From: Rhizobiaceae bacterium
GTDB lineage: Bacteria > Pseudomonadota > Alphaproteobacteria > Rhizobiales > Rhizobiaceae
Assembly (NCBI GenBank): GCA_017643025.1
Contig: JAEPOG010000004.1
Location: forward strand, 480,141 to 544,140
Direction: 5' to 3'
Length of the DNA: 64,000 nucleotides
The position numbers and the translations under genes are program-made. Below are positions 1 to 9,296 of this stretch, one piece after another. Numbering within the stretch: the stretch's first letter is position 1; the number at the start of each line of letters is the position of its first letter. Under the pieces are notes generated by a model. That model was not told where the DNA came from. It made no database searches and saw nothing but the letters and a program-made list of their open reading frames with translations.

Positions 1-1173
1 GGCGCCGATGACATAGGCAACATCTGCTTGCGCGAACTCCGAATTGATATCCTCGAGCTCGAACACCTCGTCATAGGGCACATTGGCCTCGGCGAGCAGC
101 ACGTTCATGTGGCCGGGCATGCGCCCCGCCACCGGGTGGATGGCGTATTTTACCTCGACGCCTGCAGCCTTCAGCTTGTCGGCGAGTTCGCGCAACGCGT
201 GCTGCGCCTGCGCCACCGCCATGCCATAGCCGGGCACGATGATCACCTTCTGCGCATTGGCCATCAGATAGGCGGCGTCGTCGGCCGAGCCCATCTTCAC
301 CGTGCGGTCTATTCCGTCGTCAGCCGCTGCCGCCACCTCGCCGCCGAAGCCGCCTAGGATGACGGAGATGAAGGAGCGGTTCATGCCCTTGCACATGATG
401 TAGGAAAGGATGGCGCCCGACGAGCCGACCAGCGCGCCTGTGACGATCAGCGCCAGATTGCCCAGCGTGAAGCCGATGCCGGCCGCCGCCCAGCCCGAAT
501 AGGAGTTGAGCATCGACACCACGACGGGCATGTCGGCGCCGCCGATCGGGATGATGATCAGCACGCCCAGCACAAGGGCCGCCAAGACGATCAGCCAGAA
601 GATCGTCGTGCTCTCGGTGGTGACCAGCAGCACGACGAGCACGACCAGCGCGATGGCCAGAGCCGCATTCACCGCATGGCGCGCCGGCAGCAGGATCGGT
701 TTGCCCGACATGCGCCCGTCGAGTTTGAGGAAGGCGATGATGGAACCGGTGAAGGTGATGGCGCCGATGGCGACGCCGATCGACATTTCGATCAGCGCCT
801 GCGTGTGGATGTCGTCCACGGTGCCGATGCCGAAGCTCTCGGGCGCGTACATCGCCGCTGCCGCCACCATTACGGCGGCGAGGCCGACGAGGCTATGGAA
901 TGCGGCGACCAACTGCGGCATCGCCGTCATGGCGATACGGCGCGCGATTACCGCGCCGATGGAGCCGCCGATGGCAATGCCGACAACGATCATCACCAGC
1001 CCGCCGAAGGAGGGCGTCGCCAGGAGCAGGGTCGTGACGACGGCGATCGCCATGCCGACCATGCCGAAGAGATTGCCCTGCCGGCTCGTGGTCGGGTGCG
1101 ACAAGCCCCTCAGGGCCATGATGAACAGGACGCCCGAGACGAGATAGAGGAAGGCTGCGAGGTTCTGCGACAC
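1..1173 (-). CDS. pntB: NAD(P) transhydrogenase subunit beta (3' end runs off the window)
   Basis: Not in the ORF track. My own translation from GTG at 1173 gives VSQNLAAFLYLVSGVLFIMALRGLSHPTTSRQGNLFGM, followed by multiple TM helices and a GYGMAVA motif. It lies directly downstream of pntAB. Confidence 0.95.
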   Translation of the reverse strand, partial: MSQNLAAFLYLVSGVLFIMALRGLSHPTTSRQGNLFGMVGMAIAVVTTLLLATPSFGGLVMIVVGIAIGGSIGAVIARRIAMTAMPQLVAAFHSLVGLAAVMVAAAAMYAPESFGIGTVDDIHTQALIEMSIGVAIGAITFTGSIIAFLKLDGRMSGKPILLPARHAVNAALAIALVVLVVLLVTTESTTIFWLIVLAALVLGVLIIIPIGGADMPVVVSMLNSYSGWAAAGIGFTLGNLALIVTGALVGSSGAILSYIMCKGMNRSFISVILGGFGGEVAAAADDGIDRTVKMGSADDAAYLMANAQKVIIVPGYGMAVAQAQHALRELADKLKAAGVEVKYAIHPVAGRMPGHMNVLLAEANVPYDEVFELEDINSEFAQADVAYVIGA

Positions 1174-1182
1174 TGGCGGCCC

Positions 1183-1605
1183 CTACTTCTCTTTTTTCTT
1201 GTACATCGCCAGCATGCGCTGGGTGACGAGGAAGCCGCCGAAGATGTTGACCGAGGCGAGCACCAAGGCGATGAAGCCGAAGCCGGTAGCGAGCCCCGAG
1301 GCGGAGATGCCGACGGCGAGCAGCGCGCCGACCACGATGACCGACGAGATGGCGTTGGTGACCGACATAAGCGGCGTGTGCAGCGCCGGCGTCACCGACC
1401 ACACCACGTAGTAGCCGACGAAGATCGCCAGAACGAAAATCGCGAAGCGGAACACGAACGGGTCGATTGCGCCGCCGGAAGCTGCATGGGCGGCTGCACC
1501 CGCCGCATCGGCGGCAGTCTCGGCATCCTCAACGGCAAAGCGCATGGCTGCGACTGCCTGGTCGAGCTTGTCGAGCGCCTGTTGAAGCGCGGATTCTTCT
1601 TCCAT
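1183..1605 (-). CDS. pntAB: NAD(P) transhydrogenase subunit alpha part 2 (membrane)
   Basis: Contains [22 protein letters not shown] and [13 protein letters not shown] motifs. Confidence 0.95.
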   Translation of the reverse strand: MEEESALQQALDKLDQAVAAMRFAVEDAETAADAAGAAAHAASGGAIDPFVFRFAIFVLAIFVGYYVVWSVTPALHTPLMSVTNAISSVIVVGALLAVGISASGLATGFGFIALVLASVNIFGGFLVTQRMLAMYKKKEK

Positions 1606-2984
1606 CAGCCCTTGCCTCCCTTGGCGGCGGCCTTGCGTGGCGCTGCGCGCTTCGCGACGGCTGCCGGACCCTTCGAAACTGCGCCGGACTTCAGCGGCGC
1701 CGCCGCCTTGGCGGCTGCATCAGCCGCGGGCACCGCATCCTGTTTCGAAGCGGTTGCTGCTGCCTTGGAACGCGGCGCTGCTTTTGGCTTCGCAGGAGCC
1801 TTTGCCGACTTGGCCTTGCCCGCCGCCGGCTTGGCCGCAGGCTTCGGCGTGCTCTTGCCGTTTGCGAAATTGGGGTGAACGACCGCGCCGCCATGCGTCA
1901 GCAGCGTCGCCTTCACCAGCTCGTCCTCGAGGTCGATCGAGAAGGCTTTCGTTTCCTTGTCGACCATCGTCTCCAGGAACGCATAGAGGTTCTTGGCGTA
2001 GAGCAGTGACGCCGAAGCCGCGACGCGGCCTGCGACGTTGAGGTGGCCGATGATCTTCACGCCGTTGGCGGTGACCACGACCTCGCCGGCCTTCGCGCCT
2101 TCGACATTGCCGCCGCGCTCGACCGCCAGATCGACGATGACGGAGCCCGGACGCATCGACTTCACCATGGCCGCATCGACCAGCTTGGGCGCCGGGCGGC
2201 CCGGGATCAGCGCTGTGGTGATGACGATGTCCTGCTTGGCGATGTGCCCGGCGACGAGTTCCGCCTGCGCCTTTTTCTCCGCCTCGGTCAGTTCGCGGGC
2301 ATAGCCGCCTTCGCCGGATGCATCTTTCAGCGCATCGGTCATGACGAACTTGGCGCCGAGCGAAGCCACCTGCTCGGCGGCGGCGGCGCGCACGTCGGTC
2401 GCGGTCACGACCGCGCCGAGGCGGCGCGCGGTGGCGATCGCCTGAAGGCCGGCGACGCCTGCGCCCATGACGAACACCTTGGCCGCCGGCACGGTGCCAG
2501 CCGCCGTCATCATCATCGGCATGGCGCGGTCATACGCTTCGGCGGCGTCGATCACCGCCTGGTAGCCGGCAAGATTGGCCTGAGAGGACAGTACGTCCAT
2601 CGACTGCGCGCGCGTGATGCGCGGCATGAATTCCATGGCGAACGCCGAGACGCCCGCCTTGCCCATTGCGGCAACATCGCCCTCGTTACCGTAAGGGTCC
2701 ATCGCGGCGAATACGGCAGCGCCTGTCTTGTAGCCCTTCAGTTCGGCGGCAGAAGGACGGCGCACCTTAAGGATGATGTCGGCCTTGCCTGCGTCGGCGG
2801 CTTTACCGATTTTGGCGCCCGCGTTGGCGAATTCATCGTCCGGGATGCGCGAGCCGCCACCGGCCCCCGCTTCGACCACGACGTCGAAACCGAGACCGGT
2901 GAAACGTTTCACGGTCTCCGGCGACGCCGCCACACGTGGCTCGCCGGCTTCGCTTTCGCGGGGAACGAATATCGTCAGGCCCAA
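1605..2984 (-). CDS. pntAA: NAD(P) transhydrogenase subunit alpha part 1, with Lys/Ala/Pro-rich C-terminal tail
   Basis: Contains [33 protein letters not shown] and [11 protein letters not shown] motifs; TTG start. Confidence 0.95.
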   Translation of the reverse strand: MGLTIFVPRESEAGEPRVAASPETVKRFTGLGFDVVVEAGAGGGSRIPDDEFANAGAKIGKAADAGKADIILKVRRPSAAELKGYKTGAAVFAAMDPYGNEGDVAAMGKAGVSAFAMEFMPRITRAQSMDVLSSQANLAGYQAVIDAAEAYDRAMPMMMTAAGTVPAAKVFVMGAGVAGLQAIATARRLGAVVTATDVRAAAAEQVASLGAKFVMTDALKDASGEGGYARELTEAEKKAQAELVAGHIAKQDIVITTALIPGRPAPKLVDAAMVKSMRPGSVIVDLAVERGGNVEGAKAGEVVVTANGVKIIGHLNVAGRVAASASLLYAKNLYAFLETMVDKETKAFSIDLEDELVKATLLTHGGAVVHPNFANGKSTPKPAAKPAAGKAKSAKAPAKPKAAPRSKAAATASKQDAVPAADAAAKAAAPLKSGAVSKGPAAVAKRAAPRKAAAKGGKG

Positions 2985-3058
2985 TCTGCCCTCCCGTTCG
3001 GACTGGTGCGCCCGGCCCGTCTGTCAGCGGAAATCCGAGCCCTCGCAGGCTGCAGCCA

Positions 3059-3286
3059 TCAGCGCAAGATGTAGATGCCGACCGCGACGATCAGGATGAA
3101 CAGCACCGTCGCCGAGAAAAATCCGGCGCTGGTGAAGAAGCCGAACGCCATGGCGATGAGCAATGCCGCCGTGTGCAGGGACCCGTATTTGGCCAGAGCG
3201 AGGAAGAGCGAATAGGTCCTGTCGTGCTCTTCGTAGTCCATGGCGGCGCCGGTTTCGACTGGGCCGGTGGGCGTGTTGTCTGCCAT
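3059..3286 (-). CDS. aa3-type cytochrome c oxidase subunit IV
   Basis: MADNTPTGPVETGAAMDYEEHDRTYSLF followed by TM segments (MDY.EH..TY..F signature). ATG at 3286 is preferred over the upstream track start. Confidence 0.8.
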   Translation of the reverse strand: MADNTPTGPVETGAAMDYEEHDRTYSLFLALAKYGSLHTAALLIAMAFGFFTSAGFFSATVLFILIVAVGIYILR

Positions 3287-3346
3287 CGTCAATCCCCGTG
3301 GGTAGATACTGTGCGGCTGATAGCGAAAACGGTGCACAAGGGCAAT

Positions 3347-3361
3347 GCCGCTATTGCCGCA
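3347..3361 (-). promoter_or_regulatory. Candidate RegR/ActR (RegA-family) box
   Basis: Minus strand reads TGCGGCAATAGCGGC, one mismatch from the YGCGRCRWWNGNCGC-type consensus, about 60 nt upstream of the oxidase subunit IV ATG. Confidence 0.35.
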
Positions 3362-3404
3362 CGGGGGTCTCCGAACGAACTCAATCGATTAGGCGCGGGC
3401 GACG

Positions 3405-5783
3405 CTACTCCACCGTGATGCCGGTTTCGAACAGCACCACTCGGCTGTCGGCATTGTAGTAGCGCAGCAGATACGATCCCGGCTCCGCCGGCGCCTTGAT
3501 GCGAACCTGCTTCTCGTCGTAGCTGCCGCTGCTCAGTCGCGCAGATGCGAGCAGCTTGCCGCGCCCGCCCTGCGCTTGCGGGTCGAATACCTCGACCTGA
3601 TCGCGGTATGCTCCCGGACCCACCCAACTCGCCTCAAAATACTCGCCGGCCGGCACGGAAGACGGCGCGTCGAGCGACACCGGCACGCCCTCGACCGTGA
3701 TCGGCCGCGTGGCCAGCGCTTCGCGCCCATCGCCGCTGTAGTAGCGAAGTTCGTAGGTGCCGGGCGCGGCAGGCATGATCAGATCGACCGTCTGCGCATT
3801 CATGTCCCCGTTGAGGATCCGCTTCGAGAACAGCACGTCGCCCCGGCCCGCCTGTGCACCGGGATCGAATACCTCGATCTGGTCGCGCGCTGCACCCGGT
3901 CCTTGCCACTTCACCTCGATTGTATGCCCGATTTTCGCGGTGTCCGGCGCTTCCAGCGAAACATCGACGCCGACAATTGCGATCGGGCGCGTCGCGAGCA
4001 CGGCCCGGCTGTCGCCGTTGAAATAGCGCAGTTCGAAATTGCCGGTATTGGTCGGCGCGATGAGATCGACCGTCTGCTTGTCCATGTCGCCATTGACGAT
4101 GCGCTTGTAGTACAGCACGTCTCCCCGGCCTGCCTGCGCTTGAGGATCGAAAATTTCGATCTGGTCGCGGCGTGCACCCGGCCCTTCCCACGCGACGGAG
4201 AATGTAGCGCCGATGCCGACCTCGTCAGGTGCGTCCAGCGAAACCGGCAGTTCGACGATCGTCACGTCAAGGGTGGCGAGCACCGCCCGGTTGTCGCCAT
4301 TGTAGTAGCGCAGCGTGTAAGTCCCAGGCGCGGTGGGCGCGACGAGTTTCACTGTCTGGGCGTCCATGTCGCCATTGACGATGCGCAGTGACGAGACGAC
4401 CTTGCCTCGCCCCGCATCCGCCGTCTCGTCATAGATCTCGATCTGGTCGCGCCGCGCGCCCGGTCCCTGCCACGCGACGGTAAAGCTGGTGCCCATTGCC
4501 ACCTCGGCCGGCGCATCAAGCGTGACCGGCGCCTCCAGCACCTCGATCTGGCGCGAGGCCAGCACCTCGCGGCCATCGCCGCTGTAGTACTGCAGCTCAT
4601 AGAAGCCGGGCTCGGCCGGCGCCTGAAGCGACACGCGCTGATTGTCGATATCGTCGTTTACCAGCCGCTTCTCGCGCAGCACGTTGCCCTCGCCTTGGCG
4701 GGCCGCGGCATCGAAAATACGAATGGTGTCGCGACGGGCGCCGGGACCGACCCATTCGACCGTGAATGTGCGGCCGATGGCGACGTTGGCCGGCGCATCG
4801 AGCGAGACCGGCGCCTCAACCACCTCGATGACGCGGGTAGCTAGTGCCTCCTTGCGGTCGCCCTGCCACATGTAGCGAAGCTCGTAACTGCCGGGATTGA
4901 CCGGCGCGATGAGATCGACCGTCATTGCGTCGAGGTCGCCATTGACGACGCGCTTCGCGCCGACGCGCACGCCTTCGCCCTGGCGAGCGTCGGGATCGTG
5001 CATTTCGATCACGTCACGGTTTTCGCCCGGACCGGTCCAGCCGATGGTGAAGGTGCGGCCGATCTCGATGCTGTCCGGTGCGTCCAGCGATGCTTCGGGG
5101 CGCTCGACCGCCGGCTCGGGTTCAGGCTCGGGCTCCGCCGCTTCGGCAATCTCGGTGAAAGGCGTGGTGAGAGCGTCGGTCAGCTGTTCGGCATCGTCGG
5201 CAGGCAGGTAGAGGCCACCGGTCTCCTCTGCAAGGCATGCCACTTGCCGGCCTTCGTCGGCGGAGAGCCCGAAACCAACGACATGCGCCGTGAAATCTAC
5301 CCCCAGCCGTTCGAGTTCGCGCCCGAGCGCGCAGGGGTCTGCCTCGCAGGTCTCAACGCCGTCGGTGATGAGCACCACAGTCGCCTTGTCCTCGGTGTAT
5401 TTGAGCTCTTCAGCGGCTCGGCGCACCGACGCCGTCAGCGGCGTCTTGCCGAGTGGCGAGAGTCCGTCCGCTGCACCCGAAATCGTGGCTGCCGAACCGG
5501 CGGCGGGCGCAACCAGCGTCTCGATGTCGCCGCACTGGCCCTTCTGCCGGTGCCCGTAAGCCATCAACCCGAGTTCAATCTCACCCGGCACAGTGCCCAG
5601 CACGTCGGACAGGACACGCCGCGCTATGCTGATCTTGGCCTCGCCTTCGATCTGGCCCCACATCGATCCCGACGCGTCGAGCACGATCATCGTGCGTTCG
5701 GCCGCGAATACTGGCGAGGATATTGCCAGAGCGGCGCTGAACGCGCCTGCTACGGCGGCGACACGAAGGGCGTTTGAGGCCAT
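3405..5783 (-). CDS. Secreted von Willebrand factor A domain protein with six tandem beta-rich (Ig-like) repeats
   Basis: Signal peptide ending AFA-A; MIDAS residues DASGS, GKT and TDG; acidic EP linker; six repeats of the form SLDAP...W.GPG..RD.I...AP..PG.Y.LRY. Confidence 0.85.
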   Translation of the reverse strand: MASNALRVAAVAGAFSAALAISSPVFAAERTMIVLDASGSMWGQIEGEAKISIARRVLSDVLGTVPGEIELGLMAYGHRQKGQCGDIETLVAPAAGSAATISGAADGLSPLGKTPLTASVRRAAEELKYTEDKATVVLITDGVETCEADPCALGRELERLGVDFTAHVVGFGLSADEGRQVACLAEETGGLYLPADDAEQLTDALTTPFTEIAEAAEPEPEPEPAVERPEASLDAPDSIEIGRTFTIGWTGPGENRDVIEMHDPDARQGEGVRVGAKRVVNGDLDAMTVDLIAPVNPGSYELRYMWQGDRKEALATRVIEVVEAPVSLDAPANVAIGRTFTVEWVGPGARRDTIRIFDAAARQGEGNVLREKRLVNDDIDNQRVSLQAPAEPGFYELQYYSGDGREVLASRQIEVLEAPVTLDAPAEVAMGTSFTVAWQGPGARRDQIEIYDETADAGRGKVVSSLRIVNGDMDAQTVKLVAPTAPGTYTLRYYNGDNRAVLATLDVTIVELPVSLDAPDEVGIGATFSVAWEGPGARRDQIEIFDPQAQAGRGDVLYYKRIVNGDMDKQTVDLIAPTNTGNFELRYFNGDSRAVLATRPIAIVGVDVSLEAPDTAKIGHTIEVKWQGPGAARDQIEVFDPGAQAGRGDVLFSKRILNGDMNAQTVDLIMPAAPGTYELRYYSGDGREALATRPITVEGVPVSLDAPSSVPAGEYFEASWVGPGAYRDQVEVFDPQAQGGRGKLLASARLSSGSYDEKQVRIKAPAEPGSYLLRYYNADSRVVLFETGITVE
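3408..5093 (-). repeat. Six tandem intragenic repeats of about 282 nt (94 aa)
   Basis: Repeat starts at 5093, 4808, 4526, 4244, 3962 and 3680, giving spacings of 285, 282, 282, 282 and 282 nt. Confidence 0.9.
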
Positions 5784-5994
5784 GATTTATCTCCCGCTTG
5801 GTCGTCGGCCGGCATTAGGGCGGCGCAATTCCGCAGCGTCAAGTAACAGGAATGACAGACGGGGTGAATTGACCGGTAAAGCCGAATACCGTGCAGATGT
5901 TCAGACTTACTTGGCGCGATCCGAGAGTCGTGCGTCGGAATTCAGAATATTCGTGCTAGGGTCTTGATTAGGGCATTATCGTTTTTCGGGGCAA

Positions 5995-6972
5995 ATGAAC
6001 GACGTCTTCATTTCATATGCGCGGGAAGACAGGCAGCGGGCTGCCGATCTAGCTTCGTTGCTGGAACGCAACGACATTTCAGTCTGGTGGGACTGGAACT
6101 TGATCGGTGGCAGCAAGTACCGAGATGTGATCGCGTCAAAGCTGAGAGAATCGGCCAAGGTGGTCGTGCTTTGGTCAGCGAGTTCCGTTGCCTCGTCATT
6201 CGTCATAGATGAGGCGCAGGAGGCGAAAGACGCCGGCAAGCTAATACCGATTGCGATCGACGGTGTTCGACCGCCCTTCGGGTTCCGTGATCTCCACACG
6301 ATAACACTTGACGAAAATGGAACCGAACTTCCGGCGTTGCTTGCCGCGATCAACGAAGAACCAATTCGGTCGCCAGCAACTTCAACTCCGCCTAGTCCTC
6401 GCGCCAAACGAAGTTATGGTCGAATCGCGGCGATCGGCCTTGGGGCTTTGGCTGCGTTGGCGTCGGTGGCCATCTTAGCGGTAGTTCTCTTGTCAAACCC
6501 ACGGTCGGCCGAGATCGAACCGGTCTTTTCGACTTTCATGACATCGGACCTCGGCCTAACGATCGTCTATCCCTCGAACATATTGAGCGTCGACACGACC
6601 GAAGAGAACCAGCGCCGCATACGGCTGAGAGATGAAAACGGCGATCCGGTCGTCCTGTTTTCCAGAACCAGTCTTCCGGACCACGCCGATGTCAAGATCG
6701 GGCGGTACAAGGAGGCGGCCGACCTGCGCGGAAGGCAGTTTGTGGTGACGTATGAGGCACCACAGCGGGAACGGAACTGGAGCAACTGGTATTCGCTGTC
6801 GGGCCTCTACCGCGGCTCGGTTTTCTACTTCAAACGCTGGTACACGCAGGACAGCGTGGTCTCGATCGAATTTGAGTATCCGAAGAGCTCGCAGCCGCTT
6901 TACGAAGAGCTGATCCCCAAGATGACCCGTGAGTTCGGATTCACCGGCATCACACCAATCGGATTGGAATGA
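5995..6972 (+). CDS. TIR-domain protein with one TM helix and a C-terminal extracytoplasmic domain
   Basis: DVFISYAREDR...VWWD...VVVLWSASSVASSFVIDEA matches TIR_2 with the catalytic-position Glu. A Pro/Ser linker, basic RAKRSYGR and a hydrophobic helix (aa ~144-167) precede a beta-rich C-terminal domain. Confidence 0.85.
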   Translation: MNDVFISYAREDRQRAADLASLLERNDISVWWDWNLIGGSKYRDVIASKLRESAKVVVLWSASSVASSFVIDEAQEAKDAGKLIPIAIDGVRPPFGFRDLHTITLDENGTELPALLAAINEEPIRSPATSTPPSPRAKRSYGRIAAIGLGALAALASVAILAVVLLSNPRSAEIEPVFSTFMTSDLGLTIVYPSNILSVDTTEENQRRIRLRDENGDPVVLFSRTSLPDHADVKIGRYKEAADLRGRQFVVTYEAPQRERNWSNWYSLSGLYRGSVFYFKRWYTQDSVVSIEFEYPKSSQPLYEELIPKMTREFGFTGITPIGLE

Positions 6973-6973
6973 A

Positions 6974-6990
6974 GGCCGTACCGTACGGCC
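6974..6990. terminator. Short hairpin between convergent genes
   Basis: GGCCGTA-CCG-TACGGCC immediately after the TIR stop codon; no U-tract. Confidence 0.35.
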
Positions 6991-7020
6991 ACGCTTCGAA
7001 TGGCGGGTGACCGAGTTCGA

Positions 7021-7857
7021 TCATGAGAGCCAGCGCTTGCGGCGCTTGTAGTGCTTCACATTTCGGAAGGAGCGGCGGCCCTCGCCGCCGACGCCGAGGT
7101 AGAACTCCTTGACGTCCTCGTTCTGGCGCAGCGCCTTGCCCTCGCCGTCGAGAACCACGCGACCCGACTCCAGAATGTAGCCGTGCTGGGCGTAGCGAAG
7201 AGCAATGTTGGTGTTCTGCTCGGCGAGCAGGATGGACACGCCCTGGTCCTCGTTGAGTTGCTTCACGATCTCGAAGATTTCCTCGACCAGCTGCGGGGCA
7301 AGGCCCATCGACGGCTCGTCGAGCAGGATCATCTTCGGATTGGACATCAGCGCGCGGCCAATGGCCGTCATCTGCTGTTCGCCGCCGGATGTATAGCCGG
7401 CCTGGCTGTTGCGGCGTTCCTTGAGGCGCGGGAAATAGGAATAGACAAGCTCCAGATCGGCCTTGACCGCGGCACCGCCGTCGCGCCTCGTAAATGCGCC
7501 GGTGAGCAGGTTCTCTTCAACCGTGAGGTGGCCGAAGCAGTGCCGGCCCTCCATCACCTGGATGCAGCCGCGCCGCACCAGTTCGTTGGGCGACAGCGAT
7601 TCGACCCGCTCGCCCTCGAAGCGGATATTGCCCTTGGTCACTTCGCCGCGCTCGGCGTTGAGCAGGTTGGAGATCGCCTTGAGTGTGGTCGTCTTGCCGG
7701 CGCCGTTTGCGCCAAGCAACGCCACGATACCACCCCGTGGAACCGTGAGCGAAACGCCCTTCAGCACCAGGATGACGTGGTTGTAGATGACTTCGATATT
7801 GTTGACCTCGAGCAAGGCTTCCGCCTGGTCGGTCGCTATCGCGGCGTCGGCCATCAA
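7021..7857 (-). CDS. LivF-like ABC transporter ATP-binding protein
   Basis: Walker A GANGAGKT, signature-like TSGGEQQM, and LLDEPSMGL. Confidence 0.92.
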   Translation of the reverse strand: MMADAAIATDQAEALLEVNNIEVIYNHVILVLKGVSLTVPRGGIVALLGANGAGKTTTLKAISNLLNAERGEVTKGNIRFEGERVESLSPNELVRRGCIQVMEGRHCFGHLTVEENLLTGAFTRRDGGAAVKADLELVYSYFPRLKERRNSQAGYTSGGEQQMTAIGRALMSNPKMILLDEPSMGLAPQLVEEIFEIVKQLNEDQGVSILLAEQNTNIALRYAQHGYILESGRVVLDGEGKALRQNEDVKEFYLGVGGEGRRSFRNVKHYKRRKRWLS

Positions 7858-7924
7858 CTATTCTCCGCTGCTCGGGATAAGTTGGCTCCGGGCCGGTAAG
7901 CCCGGAGCCTTTGGTTAGGTCAGA

Positions 7925-9220
7925 TCAGCTGCCACAGGCAACTGGCTCGATACCGGCTTCCTGAGCATAGGCGGCCGAATCTTCCATGATGAGCGGATCG
8001 ACCACTTCGCGGTCGGCGCCCATGAAGTCGGTCACCAGCGACCAGGTCTTGCTCGATGCATCCCACTGCGAGATCGCGCCGAGGCCGGGCCCGCCGTGAT
8101 TGGAGCACGTCACGTTGATTTCCGGTCCGAAGTCCGGAATGCCGAGCTCGGCCATGCGCGCGTTGTCGAGCACCAGTGCTTCCATGCCATCGCGCATCAT
8201 CGCAGGCGTGATGTCGGTGGTGTCGTGGAGCTTCATCGCGGTGCGTGCGGCTTCTACCGCCAGCATCGCGGCATAGACGCCACGGTTGTAGAGCACCTCG
8301 CCGAGATGGCTGCCGTCACCCGCTGCCTTGCCGGCATCGATGACGTATTTCTGGATGTCGTCGAAGAGCGGGAAGTCCGAGCCAACGCCGTGGAACGCGA
8401 TGGCCTTGTAGCCATCGGCGCCGTCGCCTGCCGGCAGAACGTCGTTCTCAGACGCCGACCACCATACGCCGATGAAGTGGTCCATCGGGTAGCGAATGTT
8501 GGCCGCTTCCTGAATCGCCACCTGGTTCATGACGCCCCAGCCCCACATCAGCACATAGTTGGGCTGATCGCGGCGGATCTGCAGCCACGTTGCCTTCTGC
8601 TCCTGGCCCGGATGGTCGACCGGGTAGAGCGATAGCTCGTAGCCGTGCTTCGCAGCCAGTTCCTCAAGGGTGCGGATCGGCTCCTTGCCGTAGGCGGAGT
8701 TGTGGTAGACAAGCGCGATCTTCTTGCCATTGAGGTCGCCGCCCTCCTCGTCGAGGATGTGCTTGACGATGATCGACGCTGCATCCCAGTAGGTGCCCGG
8801 ATAGTTGAAGATCCACGGAAACACCTTGCCGTTGGCGGCCGAGGTGCGGCCATAACCCATCGAATGGACGGGGATGCCGTCAGCCGTCGCCTTGGGAATC
8901 AGCTGGTAGGTGATGCCCGTCGACAGCGGCTGGTAGAGCAGTGCGCCCTGGCCCTTGGTGGATTCGTAGCACTCCACGCCCTTCTCGGTGTTGTAACCCG
9001 TCTCGCACTCGAGAAGGGTAATCTTCTGGCCCTCGATGCCGCCGTCCCGCTCATTGATGAGCGTGAAGTAGTCTGCATAGCCGTCAGCGAACGGGATGCC
9101 GTTCGGTGCGTACGGACCCGTGCGGTAGGACAGCGACGGGAACACGAGATCGGCCAGGGCCGGGGCGGTGCTCATGACCACCGCGGCTGCCGCCGATGCT
9201 ACAAGTAGCTTCAGTCTCAT
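7925..9220 (-). CDS. Liv-type (periplasmic binding protein type 1) ABC substrate-binding protein
   Basis: Signal peptide MRLKLLVASAAAAVVMSTAPALA; YRTGPYAPNG and ECETGYNT motifs; RBS GGGAGG upstream of ATG 9220. Confidence 0.9.
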   Translation of the reverse strand: MRLKLLVASAAAAVVMSTAPALADLVFPSLSYRTGPYAPNGIPFADGYADYFTLINERDGGIEGQKITLLECETGYNTEKGVECYESTKGQGALLYQPLSTGITYQLIPKATADGIPVHSMGYGRTSAANGKVFPWIFNYPGTYWDAASIIVKHILDEEGGDLNGKKIALVYHNSAYGKEPIRTLEELAAKHGYELSLYPVDHPGQEQKATWLQIRRDQPNYVLMWGWGVMNQVAIQEAANIRYPMDHFIGVWWSASENDVLPAGDGADGYKAIAFHGVGSDFPLFDDIQKYVIDAGKAAGDGSHLGEVLYNRGVYAAMLAVEAARTAMKLHDTTDITPAMMRDGMEALVLDNARMAELGIPDFGPEINVTCSNHGGPGLGAISQWDASSKTWSLVTDFMGADREVVDPLIMEDSAAYAQEAGIEPVACGS

Positions 9221-9296
9221 TGACGTTCCTCCCATGTGAGACGTTTCCTCTTCAGTTTCCTCCCGGATTTCTCACCGGTTGGCTCCAGCTTAACTC

